In this document: positions 1 to 10,687 of the stretch, in pieces
Layout: every line of letters starts with the position of its first letter
Position numbering within the stretch: position 1 is the stretch's first letter
Assembly (NCBI GenBank): GCA_038087875.1
Contig: JAXLNO010000664.1
Location: forward strand, 62,001-103,216
DNA length: 41,216 nt
Direction: 5' to 3'
Source: Malacoraja senta
Taxonomy: Eukaryota
Made by a program: the position numbers and the translations under genes
The notes under the pieces: generated by a model
What the model was told of the DNA's origin: nothing
Databases searched by the model: none
The model's input: the letters and a program-made list of their open reading frames with translations, nothing else

Positions 1-231
1 TGTGGAATCAGATGGCAGGTGGAAGGATGGATAGTGAGCTAGTGATGGAACTGTGAACAGTGGGGAGAGATAAAGGCAACTACTCAGATCGTCAGATGAT
101 GAGAAATGATGCTCTAAGGGGTCTGGATGAGTTATGTATGGAGCAAAACTCTAGTGTTGACCTATTGTACAGAATGGTCTGTTGGTGTACAATAGAGTTG
201 ATGCAATCTATAAACCAGGAATGTTTAGAAA

Positions 232-490
232 TAGAGTCATAGAGTCTTACAGCGTGGAAACAGGCCTTTTGACCCAACTAGCCCACACCGGCCAACATGT
301 CCCATCTACACTAGTCCCACCTGCCTGCATTTGGCCCATATCCCATTAAACCTGTCCTTTCCATGTACCTTTTTAATGTGTCTTAGTGCGATAGTACCTG
401 CCTCAACGACCCCCTCACCTTAAACCTATGTCCTCTGCTTCTCGATTCCCCTGCCCTAGGCAGGAGACTCTCTGCGTTTACCGGATCTAG
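232..490 (-). mobile_element. CR1/HER1-like LINE 3' end fragment
   Basis: Reverse strand reads ...ggcctgtttccacgctgtaagactctatgactctat, the same tail as other CR1 copies in the window (e.g. 8267-8358, 35740-35857). Confidence 0.8.
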
Positions 491-650
491 TAGTCATCAA
501 GACAAGTGGCAAACCTATTCCCGATCTCTGGTTATAGAGATAGGACACAGGAAACTGAAGAACATGTTTCCAAATGACAGACAAATACGATGAGGATTTC
601 TGAACCTGGTTTCCAACATTTCTATTTCTTTTGCGTTGAACACACCTTGA

Positions 651-961
651 AACCGCACACTCCCAGACTCAGGAACAGCTTCTTCCCCTCTGTTATCAGT
701 CTTATGAATGATCTTTCCATAAGCTAGGGTACTGCCTGATTTACCTCTACCCCATTGCGAACATTGGACCTTGTCTATGGAACTGATGTGCTACAATACT
801 GAGAACTATATTCTGCATTCTATATCTTCCCCTTTGCTCTATCTATTGTACTTGCATTTGACTCGATTGTATTTGTGTATCTGATCTCTTTGGATAGCTT
901 GCAAAACAAGGCTTTTCACTGTGCCTCGGTACGTGTGACAATAATAGACCTAAACCTAAAC
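651..961 (+). mobile_element. Rex1/Babar-like LINE 3' end
   Basis: Encodes RLRNSFFPSVI. The 3' UTR ends gcttttcactgtgcctcggtacgtgtgacaataat followed by short cctaaa repeats, shared with other copies in the window. Confidence 0.75.
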
Positions 962-1032
962 ACGATGTTCATGATTTGCAAATGCATATTGACTCTTCAG
1001 GAATATCTGGAATTGATCTAAAAAAGGCCACA

Positions 1033-1855
1033 GAAGATAGACACAAAATGCTGGAGTAACTCAGCAGGTCAGGCAGTATCTCTGGAGAGAATGAATGGGT
1101 GATGATTCTGGTCGAGACCGTTCTTCAGACTGAGGTGGAGTCCACAATGGTCCATTGTTGGCTGTGGAAAAGGTAATAACAAGGGGATAGTGAACAGTGA
1201 AACTAAGTAGGGGGGGGGGGGGGGGGCGGAGAGTCTGAGTAAGGGTCTCGACCGAAAACTTCACCTATTCTTATTCTCCAGAGATGCTGGCTGACCCGCT
1301 GAGTTAAGGGCCTGTCCCACGGGCATGCGACTCCATGCGGCAAGCGTGACCTAACCGGAAGCGGGAGCCGCGCGGAGGTCGAGTGATCCCCGTACAGGGC
1401 CGGTCCCACCAGCACGCGGCTGCATGCGGCAAGCGCTACCAAACCGGAAGCGGGGGCCGCGAGGAGGTCGAGTGACGTCAAGACGGTGCGTACGGCATCG
1501 AGGCGGTGCGCACGGCCTCGATGCGGCTGCGTACGGCGTTGAGGCAGTGCGCACGGTCGTCGAGGCGGCGCTCACGGCCTCGATGCGGCTGCGGGGCGGC
1601 AGGCCGTTGCCGCGCGGAATTTTTGAACAGTGTCAGTTTTTCTGAGCCCCGCGCGATGTCGGGACCAGCTCCGCACAACTCCATACGGCTCCGGCGATCG
1701 AAGTGGGACCGGCCCCGCGACCTCCGCGCGGCCCCCGCTTCCGGTTAGGTCGTGCTTGCCGCATGGAGTCGCATGCCCGTGGGACAGGCCCTTAACTCCA
1801 GCATTTTGTGTCTATCTTCAGTGTAAACCAGCATCTGCAGTTCCTTCCTACACAT
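1033..1855. mobile_element. Penelope-like terminal repeat, inverted pair (minus arm ~1033-1205, plus arm ~1232-1855), split by a MITE
   Basis: gaagatagacacaaaatgctggagtaactcagc (1033) is the reverse complement of ...ctccagcattttgtgtctatcttc (1796-1819). Both arms have degenerate hammerhead cores. Confidence 0.75.
1308..1791. mobile_element. Non-autonomous TIR DNA transposon (MITE), PIF/Harbinger-like or TTAA-targeting
   Basis: About 74-bp TIRs starting GGGCCTGTCCCAC (3 mismatches), flanked by TTAA at 1304-1307 and 1792-1795. It is CpG-rich and interrupts the host repeat at gagtt/actcc. Confidence 0.9.
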
Positions 1856-2149
1856 TTTAAGGAGGCCATAAATGACTTTCGTTGCTACATCCTTTTCCAT
1901 AGTTGTTCTCATTAATTTTAGCTTTTACTGCTTCGAGCTTTTCCCTCTGGAATCAGGTCTGTTATTTTCCTGATTTCCACTATACTAACACTGCCATAGG
2001 ATGTCTTTTGAGAATACTTTTGACTTTGAGCTATCTTGAACAGAAGACTGAACTCATAAAATGTGAAACTGTAGCACACCCAGGTGCTCTGTCATTCCAA
2101 ATGAAGCCCTCAGCCAATATTAAATGACCTAACCCCCTGGGAGTATCTG

Positions 2150-2360
2150 TAGAAACTAGGAACCGTAGATGTTGGTTTAAATAAAAGGACACCAAAGTGT
2201 GAGAGAAACTTGGCAGATCAGGCAGCATATCTGGACAACATGGACAGGTGACATTTCAGGTTGAGATCCCTCAAAAGGGTCCCAACCTGAAACGTCACCC
2301 ATCCATCTTCTCCAGAGATGCTGCCTGACCCGCTGAGTTACTCCAGCACTTTGTGTCCTT
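2150..2360. mobile_element. Penelope-like terminal repeat, inverted pair
   Basis: Minus arm ~2150-2271 abuts a plus arm agggtcccaacctgaaacgtcaccc...gagttactccagcactttgtgtcc (2273-2360). Confidence 0.7.
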
Positions 2361-2550
2361 TCCTGGGCCTCTCTCCCTGACAATATTGTGGGTGTAGGCT
2401 CACAGACCAAGGACCGCAGCAGTTCAAGAATGCAGTCCCCCACCACATTCTCAAGTGCAATTAAGGTTGGTCAAATATATCGTGAAGCAGCCGGTGAAAC
2501 CCACATGTATCATGTATAGTCTTATGTGTAGTCTTTCCGCTGACTAGATA

Positions 2551-2857
2551 ACATCATCATCATCATCATCGTTGAAAACAGCAACGGGCACGGTGCCTTA
2601 CAATGCTATGTACGACAGTGATCGCAACTTCTACTGAAGTGTGGATGGCCTTTGGCTCGCTAGGAGCTCATCCGCCCTTTGACAGGTCTTGCTTTTGGTC
2701 CTGCTTGGGGTCCACAGCCCCCTCCTCACCTGGCAAACCAGGTGGGGGAGATGGTGTAGTCACCGACTATCCAACCATGGAGCAGGTAGCACGGGATTAC
2801 ATGGTACCCGTGGCGGAAGGAACCGCCCCGACCTGACTTAGGTCAGGTCATAGGTTT
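2551..2857 (-). mobile_element. Short non-autonomous retroposon with (GAT)n tail, probably RTE-dependent
   Basis: Perfect 8-bp TSD ACTAGATA (2543-2550, 2858-2865). Minus-strand 3' tail of about six GAT units. No ORF or tRNA head recognised. Confidence 0.7.
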
Positions 2858-2906
2858 ACTAGATAGCATGCAACAAAAAAGCTTTTCACTGTACCTCGGT
2901 ACACAT

Positions 2907-4352
2907 CAGGCACGTGCCGTCAGGGTAGGCAAGGTAGGCACTGCCTACCCTGACTAAAATTATAACATGGTAATTACTAAATATAAATAGTAAAGGCATG
3001 GGAGAATTATGCCTATCTAAGAGATCGATCTCATAGGTAGGCATAATTCTCCGTGCCTTTCATCCGCAGCGCTTGTAACCCTTGAAGGTCTGTGCAGCCC
3101 ACGCGCCATCAGCGCTGCCTGAAGCCGTCAATTTCAAGCGGGGCTGAAGGCAGCTGAAATTCTGCCTTTGCAGCACTGCACAGGCGCAGCAGCCTACTGC
3201 GCATGCACAGCGCTAGTTTCTTGGCGGGGTTTTCAAATATGGATTGGCATTATTTTAAGTGTATCTTAGGAAACAGGGAGAGAAGAATGGAGATTGTGTA
3301 CCAATGATGTGGTAAGTACATTTCTTGGTGATGTTTTTAAATACTGTATTTCCCGGGGTGTGGGGGTGGGGGAGAGCTCCTTTCACAGCGTTTGGGGAGT
3401 CTGGCCCAGGGTAAAGTTGCGGGGAGGGTAGGAGCATTCTGAAGGAGGGGATCTGGATCATACCAATAACCCACTTGCGAAGCTCCTTGCACGGAGCCAC
3501 CGCATTGAGGCGGGGGGGGGGGGGGAGAAGTAGCTCAGGTGGCTGCGAGCGGCCGCCGGGCCGGACAGCGGAACCGGCCGCCACCTCAGTGCCTTCTGCC
3601 GGCCCCCGCTCACCTCTGGCAGCTCTCCTTCTAAAAACCTCTCTCCTGCCGCTCGCTGGCCTCACTCATGTCAGCTGCTTCCCGCAAATCCTTAAATTCC
3701 AACAGCGCGATTGAGGTTACTCGGCTGTGGGAATTTAAGGATTTGCAGGAAGCGGCTGACATGAGCGAGCGGCAGGTGAGAGGTGTTCAGACGGAGAGCA
3801 CTGCCAGAGGTGAGCGGGCTAACAGAAGGCGTTGAAGTGGCGGCCAGTTCTGCTGTCGGGTCCCGGCGGCCGCTCGCAGCTCCTCGAGCTCCTTCTATCC
3901 CCGGCTACAATGTGGTGGCGCCCGGAGCGCCGCGGCAACAGTGAGTGAGTGAGTTACTGCCATTATCCCCGACCCCCTCCTTCTGAACACTCCTGCTCTC
4001 CCCGCAACTTTACCCCTGGCACAGACTCTCCACACACTGTGAAAGGAACTCTCCCCCCAATTGGTCCCTTGAACAAGTGTAGTCAATCACTTAGATGACA
4101 ACTGATTAGACTTTTCCCTGTGCTCCCGTTTTTCCCACCATCTCTCCACCTGCCGTAACCCTTCACCCCCCCACCCATTCAGTAATTCAGAATAAAGGAG
4201 ACTAGGAAGCCTTGGGCAAATTGAATTGTTACTGTTTTTATTTTTATTTTTTATTTTTACGGAGAGAACAATCTGCGCATGCGCGGTTTAAGTTTTTTCT
4301 TTTAAAGCCGACTGACTGCCTACCTTGAGTAATTACTCACGGCACATGCCTG
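2907..4352. mobile_element. Non-autonomous hAT-like DNA transposon (1446 bp)
   Basis: TIRs CAGGCACGTGCCGT / ACGGCACATGCCTG. 8-bp TSD GTACACAT/GTACACAC (2899-2906, 4353-4360). Subterminal GGTAGGCA/TGCCTACC motifs at both ends. Confidence 0.9.
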
Positions 4353-4499
4353 GTACACACGAAAATAATAATGAACTAAACTAAACTAAACTAGGATAAA
4401 CTAAACTAAACTAAACCAAACCACACTAAACTAAACTAAACTTGATGGCCAGCACAATTATAATGGCCTTCCTCCATGTTGTATCACTCTACAATATAC

Positions 4500-4935
4500 A
4501 AGATGTTGTCAAGTTGGAAAGGGTGCAGAGAAGATTTACTAGGATGTTGCCAGTACCCGAGGGACTAAGCTATTGGGGGAGGTTGAGCAGGCTGGGACTC
4601 TATTCCCTGGAGCACAGGATGATGAGAGGTGATGGTATAGAGGTGTATAAAATGATGAGAGGAAGAATTCAGGTGGATGCACAGAATCTCTTGCCCAGAG
4701 TAGGAGAATTGAGAACAAGAGGGCACAGGTTTACAGTGAAGGGGGAAAGATTTTATCGGAATTTGAAGGGTAACGCTTCTACACAAAGGGTGGCAGGTGT
4801 ATGGAACGAGCTGCCGGAGGAGGTAATTGAGGTAGCGACTATCGCAACATTTAAGAAGCAAATAGACAGGGACATGGATGGATTAGGTTTAGAGGGATAT
4901 GGGCCAGGTGGGACTAGGTATATTAGTGTAGGAGT
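4500..4935 (+). mobile_element. CR1 LINE ORF2 C-terminal fragment
   Basis: DVVKLERVQRRFTRMLP...LGLYSLE...TRGHRF...WNELPEEV in ORF 4442-4942. Confidence 0.9.
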
Positions 4936-4964
4936 GGAATAACATAGAACTTGTGTGAACGGGT

Positions 4965-5593
4965 TGGTTTCTTTCTTGGTTTCTTGGTCCTCCAAACTAT
5001 TCCAAATGGAATTTAAACTGGAGGTGGTGGAGGGAGGACTTAAGCCAGAAAGGGTTTTTGGGAAGAAAGAGCTACCTTAAATTTAGTTGCATCTGGTTGG
5101 GTAACTATGGTAGGGTGAAGATTATTCCATGCTTTAATTGTGCGGGGGAAGAATGAATTGCTGTACACATCTGTCTTGGTAGCTGGAATCTCAAATTGGA
5201 TCGAATGTCCTCGTCTGCTCCTAATTGGTTTGGGTTTGGTGTAGGTCTTGTAATCTATGTTGAGCTGACCATTTAACATTTTGTAAAAACAGGTCAAACG
5301 GTGAGCTTCACGTCTGTCTTGGAGAGGGTTCCACCCCAGAGAATTCAGAAGTTTGGTAACACTCGCTTCTCTCTCATAGGTGTTAGTAACAAATCGAGCT
5401 GCCTGTCTTTGGACACGTTCGATGGAAGAAATGTTTTTATTTGTGTATGGGTCCCATGCTGCAACTGCGTAGTCCAAATGAGGTCTAACGAGGGTGAAGT
5501 ATAGCTTCTCCTTGACAGAAGTTGAACAATGATGAAAGTTGCGCCTCAGAAGATTTAGGACACCTGTTGCTTTCACCGTTGCATGATGAGTCT
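4965..5593 (-). mobile_element. 5'-truncated CR1-group (Daphne/invertebrate-CR1-like) LINE with an uninterrupted ORF2 C-terminus
   Basis: LVRPHLDYAVAAWDP...ERVQRQAARFV...LGWNPLQDRR...NSFFPRTIKAWNNL, a short 3' UTR and a ccaagaaa-repeat tail. It splits a V-SINE tail (gtgaacgggt | gatcaatggttggcgtggactc). Confidence 0.8.
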
Positions 5594-5650
5594 GTGATCA
5601 ATGGTTGGCGTGGACTCAGTGGCAAGATACTATGCTGTTTCTTTCAGTCT

Positions 5651-5651
<1 letters not shown>

Positions 5652-5682
<31 letters not shown>
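5652..5682 (+). repeat. (TCAA)n microsatellite
   Basis: About 7-8 tandem TCAA units, visible directly. Confidence 0.95.
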
Positions 5683-5930
5683 GTCTGAAGAAGGGTACCG
5701 ACCTAAAACATCACCTATCCATGTTTTCCAGAGATGCTGCCTGACAAGCTGAGATACTCCAGCACTTTGTGTCTATTGAATCAATCAGTCAAATCTGAAG
5801 AATTCTTCCAGTATAAACCATATAATTCTGCCAGTCTGAAGAAGGATCTCGACCTGAAATGTCACCTATTCCTTTTCTCCGGAAATGCTCCCTGATCCGT
5901 TGAGCTACTCCAGTATTTTGTGTCCATCTC
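5681..5930 (+). mobile_element. Two direct copies of the Penelope-like terminal repeat (5681-5776, 5832-5930)
   Basis: Each begins cagtctgaagaagg...gacct.aaa..tcacctat and continues into gatgctgcctga...tactccag.a.tttgtgtc. Confidence 0.75.
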
Positions 5931-6474
5931 CTTTCAAATCTCTCTTTCTCTAGGTGCTGTCTAGCCTGTTGAAGATTTTCTGTTCTCAGCATCATTTTTC
6001 TTTGTGTTCGATCGTTTTTGAGTTGGAAAGTTTGTTTTGCTGACTTTAACTCAATTTCTGACAGCAATAGAAATTCCGGCACATGCCATCGAACAAGCAG
6101 TGACCTCCGCACTGAATCATTAACAACTGCAATATCACTACTGCAATTTATCAATAAACAATTTCAATCCCGTTACATGGGAACTCTAAAGCTTGTCTAC
6201 ATTATTTGGTCTTTTCCTTTTTAATATTAGGCCGCATTGTAGCAGTTGAATAAAGGACCGCTACAACATGTTCCAACACAAAATGCAGTGGGGGGACATC
6301 AATATAAAAACGAGGGCAGATTTTCTGCATCCTTGACTATAGTCTGAAAATTACAGGCTTGTTGCTTGTTTGATTTTGATTTATACTGGCAGAATGGAAA
6401 GGTACATCAATCATAAGGACATATTTTTTTAAAGTATCCAGAACAAGTATTTGGGCCTGAAGACCTAAAACAAA

Positions 6475-6545
6475 TCTGAAGAAGTGTCCCGACCCGAAAG
6501 GTCACCTATCCATGTTCTCCAGAGAGGCAGAGTTACTCCAGCACT
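6475..6545 (+). mobile_element. Penelope-like terminal repeat fragment
   Basis: tctgaagaagtgtcccgacccgaaaggtcacctatccatgttctccagag. Confidence 0.7.
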
Positions 6546-6833
6546 GCATCTCCTTAAGTATCTGTGTCCTTGGATCTGTTACGCCATTCACCTGGATCAT
6601 GGTTGTTCCATGATAGCCCAAGGTTTTCCAGATTCTGCCAAGGACAGTTAGCTCTGTTTCTCACTTCACAGATGCTGCCTGACTTGCTCCAACATTGTGT
6701 GTTTTTATTTTGAATTTCAGTTAATGGCAAGACTCTTAGAACCTACTGATCTGCAGATGGATCTTGGGGTCCAAGTTTATAGCTCCCTGAAGTGTCAACA
6801 CAAGTAGATGGTGTGGTAAATGAGGCTTATGGT

Positions 6834-7697
6834 GTGTGATGAGGATGCTGTGAGGCTGCAGGGTGATTTGGATAGGTTGGGTGAGTGAGCAGGTCCATGG
6901 CAGATGCAATATAATGTGGATAAATGTGAGGTTATCCATTTTGGTGGCAAAAACAGGAAGGCAGATTATTATCTGAATGGTGTCAGGTTAGGAAAAGGAG
7001 AGGTGAAACAAGACCTGGGTGTGCTTGTACATCAGTTACTGAAAGCAAGCATGCAGGTACAGCATGCAGTGAAAAAAGCTGGCCTTCATTGCGAGAGGAT
7101 TTGAGTTTAGGAGCAAGGAGGTCCTATTGCAGTTGTACAGGGCCCTGGTGAGACCGCACCTGGTGTATTATGTGCAATTTTGCACTCCAAATTTGAGGAA
7201 GTACATTATTGTTATTGAGGGAGTGCAGCGTCGGTTCACCAGATTAATTCCCGCGATAGCCGGACATATAATGAAAGAATGGGTCGACTGGGCTTGTATT
7301 CACTGGAATTTAGAAAGATGAGAGGGGATCTTATAGAAACATATAAAATTCTTAAAGGATTGGACAGGCTAGATGCAGGAAAAATGTTCCCGATGTTGGG
7401 GGAGTCCAGAACCAGGGGTCACAGTTTAAGCATAAGGGGTAGGCCATTTAGGACTGAGTTGAGGAAAAACCTCTTCACGCAGAGAGTTGTGAATCTGTAG
7501 AATTTTCTGCCACAGAAGGCAGTGGAGACCAATTCACTGGATGTTTTTAAGAGAGAATTAGATTTAGCTCTTAGGGCTAAAGGAATCAAGGGATATGGGG
7601 AAAAGGCAGAACAGGGTACTGATTTTTGATGATCAGCCATTGAAGTGCGGTGCTGGCTGGAAGGGCCGAATGCCCTCCTCCTGCACCTATTTTTCTA
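6834..7697 (+). mobile_element. CR1 LINE 3' fragment with frameshifts
   Basis: [36 protein letters not shown] and SRTRGHSL, ending ctcctgcacctatttttctatg. Confidence 0.92.
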
Positions 7698-7789
7698 TGC
7701 TTACCTTAATTGGTTGGGGCATTGAGTATAAGAGCCAGAAAGTCATGGTGTGGCTGTATGATACTTTGGTTAGGCTGCATTTGGTGTTT

Positions 7790-7880
7790 GTTTTATTTTA
7801 TTTTATTTTATTATTGTCACGTGCACCAAGGTACAGTGAAAAGCTTTTTTGTGGCACGCTATCCAGTCAGCGAAAATACT
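7790..7880 (-). mobile_element. Rex1/Babar-like 3' tail
   Basis: ttattgtcacgtgcaccaaggtacagtgaaaagc is the reverse complement of the shared tail. Confidence 0.7.
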
Positions 7881-8109
7881 TTACTCAGACTAGGGGAATC
7901 AACAACCAAGGGACATAGGTTTAAGCTGAGAAGCGAAAGATTTAATGGGAATGTGAGGGACAACTTTTTCACACAGAGGATGATGGGTATGGAACGAGAT
8001 ACCAAATAAGCTAGGTACTAGCAGGTACTATAACAACATTTAAACAACATTTGGACAGGTACATGCATACGAAGGGTTTAGAGGGATATGGGCCAAATGC
8101 AGGCAAGTG

Positions 8110-8255
8110 TTTAGTTTAGTTTATCATCACCTATACTGGGGTACAGTGAAAAGCTTCTATTGCGTGCTATCCAGTCAGCGGAAAGACTATACATGTTTAC
8201 AATCGAGCCATACATTGTACAGATATATTATAAAGGGAATAACGTTTAGTTTAGG
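8110..8255 (-). mobile_element. Rex1/Babar-like 3' tail inserted in a CR1 tail
   Basis: (tttag)n...ggtacagtgaaaagc...tatccagtcagcggaaagactatacatg. Confidence 0.7.
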
Positions 8256-8865
8256 ATAAGATAACGGTGGGACTAGTGTACAGGGTCATCTTGATAATGC
8301 ATGGGCAAGTTGGGCTGAAGGGCCCTTTTCCATGCTGTATGACACTATGACTCTATGACCCCTTAATCAGATGGTATCCATGTAAAGGTGGAACCATAGC
8401 CTTCCATTTTAACTCCATTAACTCCTGTAAATAACTTTAATCAAATCACTGTTTGAATTCTGATGGATACCACACAAGTTTCTTGTGATCGCTTGACATT
8501 ATTTAATCTGGGTGTCCAGATAACACACTGGTGAATCTATACCGGATGGTCTCTAAGATCAACACCTCGGTCCTGCATTGTGATGCCCTGACTGCTTGCA
8601 GTGCTCCAGATTATTTGTTTTTTAGAAGCTTAATTCCTTCCACAAATCTTCTGATTTGTTCTGTCCTTGTTTCAACCAAAGCTATTGAATTTCCAGAGAG
8701 AAAGTGTCTGATTACCTTTCTCTCTCATTCACTCACTAAGATACTGGAGGATAGCTGGTAATTTAAACTAACAAAGTGTTTTATTAAGCAAAAGAGTTTC
8801 CAGAGAGATAAACAGAATTTCTGCTGTGTACTTACCTTGATCGGTTCGGCTCAGTTGTACACCAA

Positions 8866-9075
8866 AGGACACAATGCAGTAACTCAGGAGGTCACGCAGC
8901 ATCTCTGGCGACTATGGAGAGGTAACGTTTTAGGTTGAGACCCATTTTTAGGTCTGAAGAAGTGTCTCAACCTGAAACATCACCTGTTCATATTCTCCAG
9001 AGATGCTGCCTGACCTGCTGAATTACTCCAGCACTTTGTGTCCTTTTGTGTATTAACCAGCATCTGCAGTTCTTT
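8866..9075. mobile_element. Penelope-like terminal repeat, inverted pair
   Basis: Minus arm ~8866-8945 and plus arm ~8950-9075. Candidate TSD TACACCAA at ~8858 and ~9405. Confidence 0.7.
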
Positions 9076-9077
9076 AT

Positions 9078-9387
9078 AGTTTGAACTTTCGAGATACATT
9101 GCGAAAACAGCCCCTTTGGCCCATTGAGTCCGCGCAGACCAATAACAGCCCCATACACTAGCACTACCCTACATACAAGGAACAATGTTATAATTAACAG
9201 AAGCCAATTAACCTAAAAACCTGAACATCTTTGGCGTGTGGGAGGAATCCGAAGTACCCTGAGAAAATCCATGTGGTCACAGGGAGAATGTACAAACTCC
9301 GTACGGATAGCATCATAGTTAGGATCGAACTTGAGTCTCTGGTGCTGTGAGGCATCAGCTGTACCACTGCTCCAACTGTGCCTCCCT
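9078..9387 (-). mobile_element. HE1-like V-SINE (tRNA head, V domain, CR1-type tail)
   Basis: Minus strand has a B-box-like gttcgatcct, the V core ggagtttgtacattctccctgtgacc...cctcccacacgccaaag, and a CR1-like tail. Confidence 0.85.
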
Positions 9388-9442
9388 GTTTGTTTTTACA
9401 ATTCTACACCAAGATGTTTCCAGATGTATAACTCTCCTCCTT

Positions 9443-10130
9443 AGTTCTTCGGATCGAGAGTGCCCGTGGCTTCCATTCTGTTTTGTGGTGAGTGTTTGAG
9501 ATGCTCGAGCCCATGGGGAATTCCATAAATGGGGTAAGGGGTGGCTGCCAGGTTCATAGGGTGATTAGTTTGAGAGGTGGTCTACACCTTATGTTGCTTT
9601 CATGGGACATCCATCTATTCTGCCCTTGCATGGACTCAATGCTTTCATGTCACTGGGCCAGCGATTCGCTGTCGGAATGTTTTACTCTTTCCAAGGAGGC
9701 TTTGGGCACATTCTTGAATCTTTACCTCTTGTAATCTATTTCTAGGACAAAGTTTGGAATAGAGTGCCTTGTTCACGAGTCTGGTGTCAGCCATCCAACA
9801 ACGATGAATCAGTCTGACCCAAACTGTTAACTATCCATATTCTCCAGAGATGCTGCCTGGCCTGCTGAGTTACTCCAGCATTTTGTATGTGCTTTTGTTG
9901 GGAGAAAGGTGTCAACCTAAAAAGTCACCGATCTATGTTTTCCAGAGATGCTGCCTGACCCATTGAGTTACTCCAGCAACTTGCATCCTTTTGTTTGTAC
10001 AAGGGGTATTTGCTGATGCAGTCAGCTGATTGCCACAAAGATGTCTGTGCTGGGAATGTTGATTTTTGAGAGGATACTGATGTTTGTTCATGTATCCTCC
10101 CTATGAATTTGGAGGAATCTGCTGGGTCGT
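9443..10130 (-). mobile_element. Decayed RTE/BovB-like LINE fragment interrupted by Penelope-like repeats (9810-9995)
   Basis: Minus-strand translation gives MADTRLVNKALYSKL...KRFKNVPKASL and TNISILSKINIPS, resembling the RTE ORF C-terminal consensus. Confidence 0.65.
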
Positions 10131-10279
10131 GGAGCTGCCTTAAGACTGCTACAGTTCGCCCACCATAAATGGCTTTAAAGACATCTCTGAAGCCTTTGAA
10201 TACACTTCACAATTTCAGCAGCCAACAGAAATTTGTCTCCATTTTACATTTGCTTCATGACTGCTTTCACTCACTAAGA

Positions 10280-10553
10280 TACTGGGTTTACACCTGAAAG
10301 TAGGATGATAGATAGGCATAGAGCGCTGGTGTAACTCAATAGGTCAGGCAGCATCTCTGGAAAACATCGATTGGTGACTTTTCAGGCAGTACTGCAGGAG
10401 AAAAAGGATGGGTGACGTTTCGGGTTGGAACCCTAATTCAGACTCCAGTTTTCCAGAATCCTTTCTCTCCAGTGATGCTGCCTGACCCACTGAGTTACTC
10501 AAGCACTTTGTGTCTATCTTCGCTATATATCAGCATCTGCAGTTCCTTTACAC
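10280..10553. mobile_element. Penelope-like terminal repeats, minus arms plus a plus arm
   Basis: gggtgacgtttcgggttggaaccctaattcagact (minus core), followed by gatgctgcctgacccactgagttactc. Confidence 0.7.
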
Positions 10554-10687
10554 ACAGTAGGACGAAAGGACAGCTGTGGCAGAGAGAAGTTTGATGCATT
10601 ATTTGGTTGGAGGCTTATGGACACAGCATCCTGAAATGAATTAGAGGCAGCTGACTGGGTTACAGCCTCCGAACAACAATCAGTACC

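Larger units (their letters stand above)
2508..4442 (+). mobile_element. Rex1/Babar-like 3' UTR split in three pieces (2508-2550, 2858-2906, 4353-4442) by two insertions
   Basis: The joined pieces give gtctttccgctgactagatagcatgcaac...aagcttttcactgtacctcggtacac...aataat(ctaaa)n, matching uninterrupted copies at 880-961 and 21570-21658. Confidence 0.75.
6760..8358 (+). mobile_element. Older CR1 fragments (6760-6833, 7698-7790, 7883-8109, 8267-8358) hosting nested insertions
   Basis: gaggcttatggt | atgcttaccttaattggttggggcattgagtataag continues across the insert. Also TTKGHRFKL...FFTQR and the CR1 tail. Confidence 0.75.

Noticed and set aside
1203..1860. Overlapping Arg/Ala-rich ORFs
   Set aside because: A by-product of the GC-rich palindromic MITE.
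8830..8860. Minus-strand splice donor AAG|GTAAGT
   Set aside because: No matching acceptor or credible exon upstream, even after removing the adjacent insertions.
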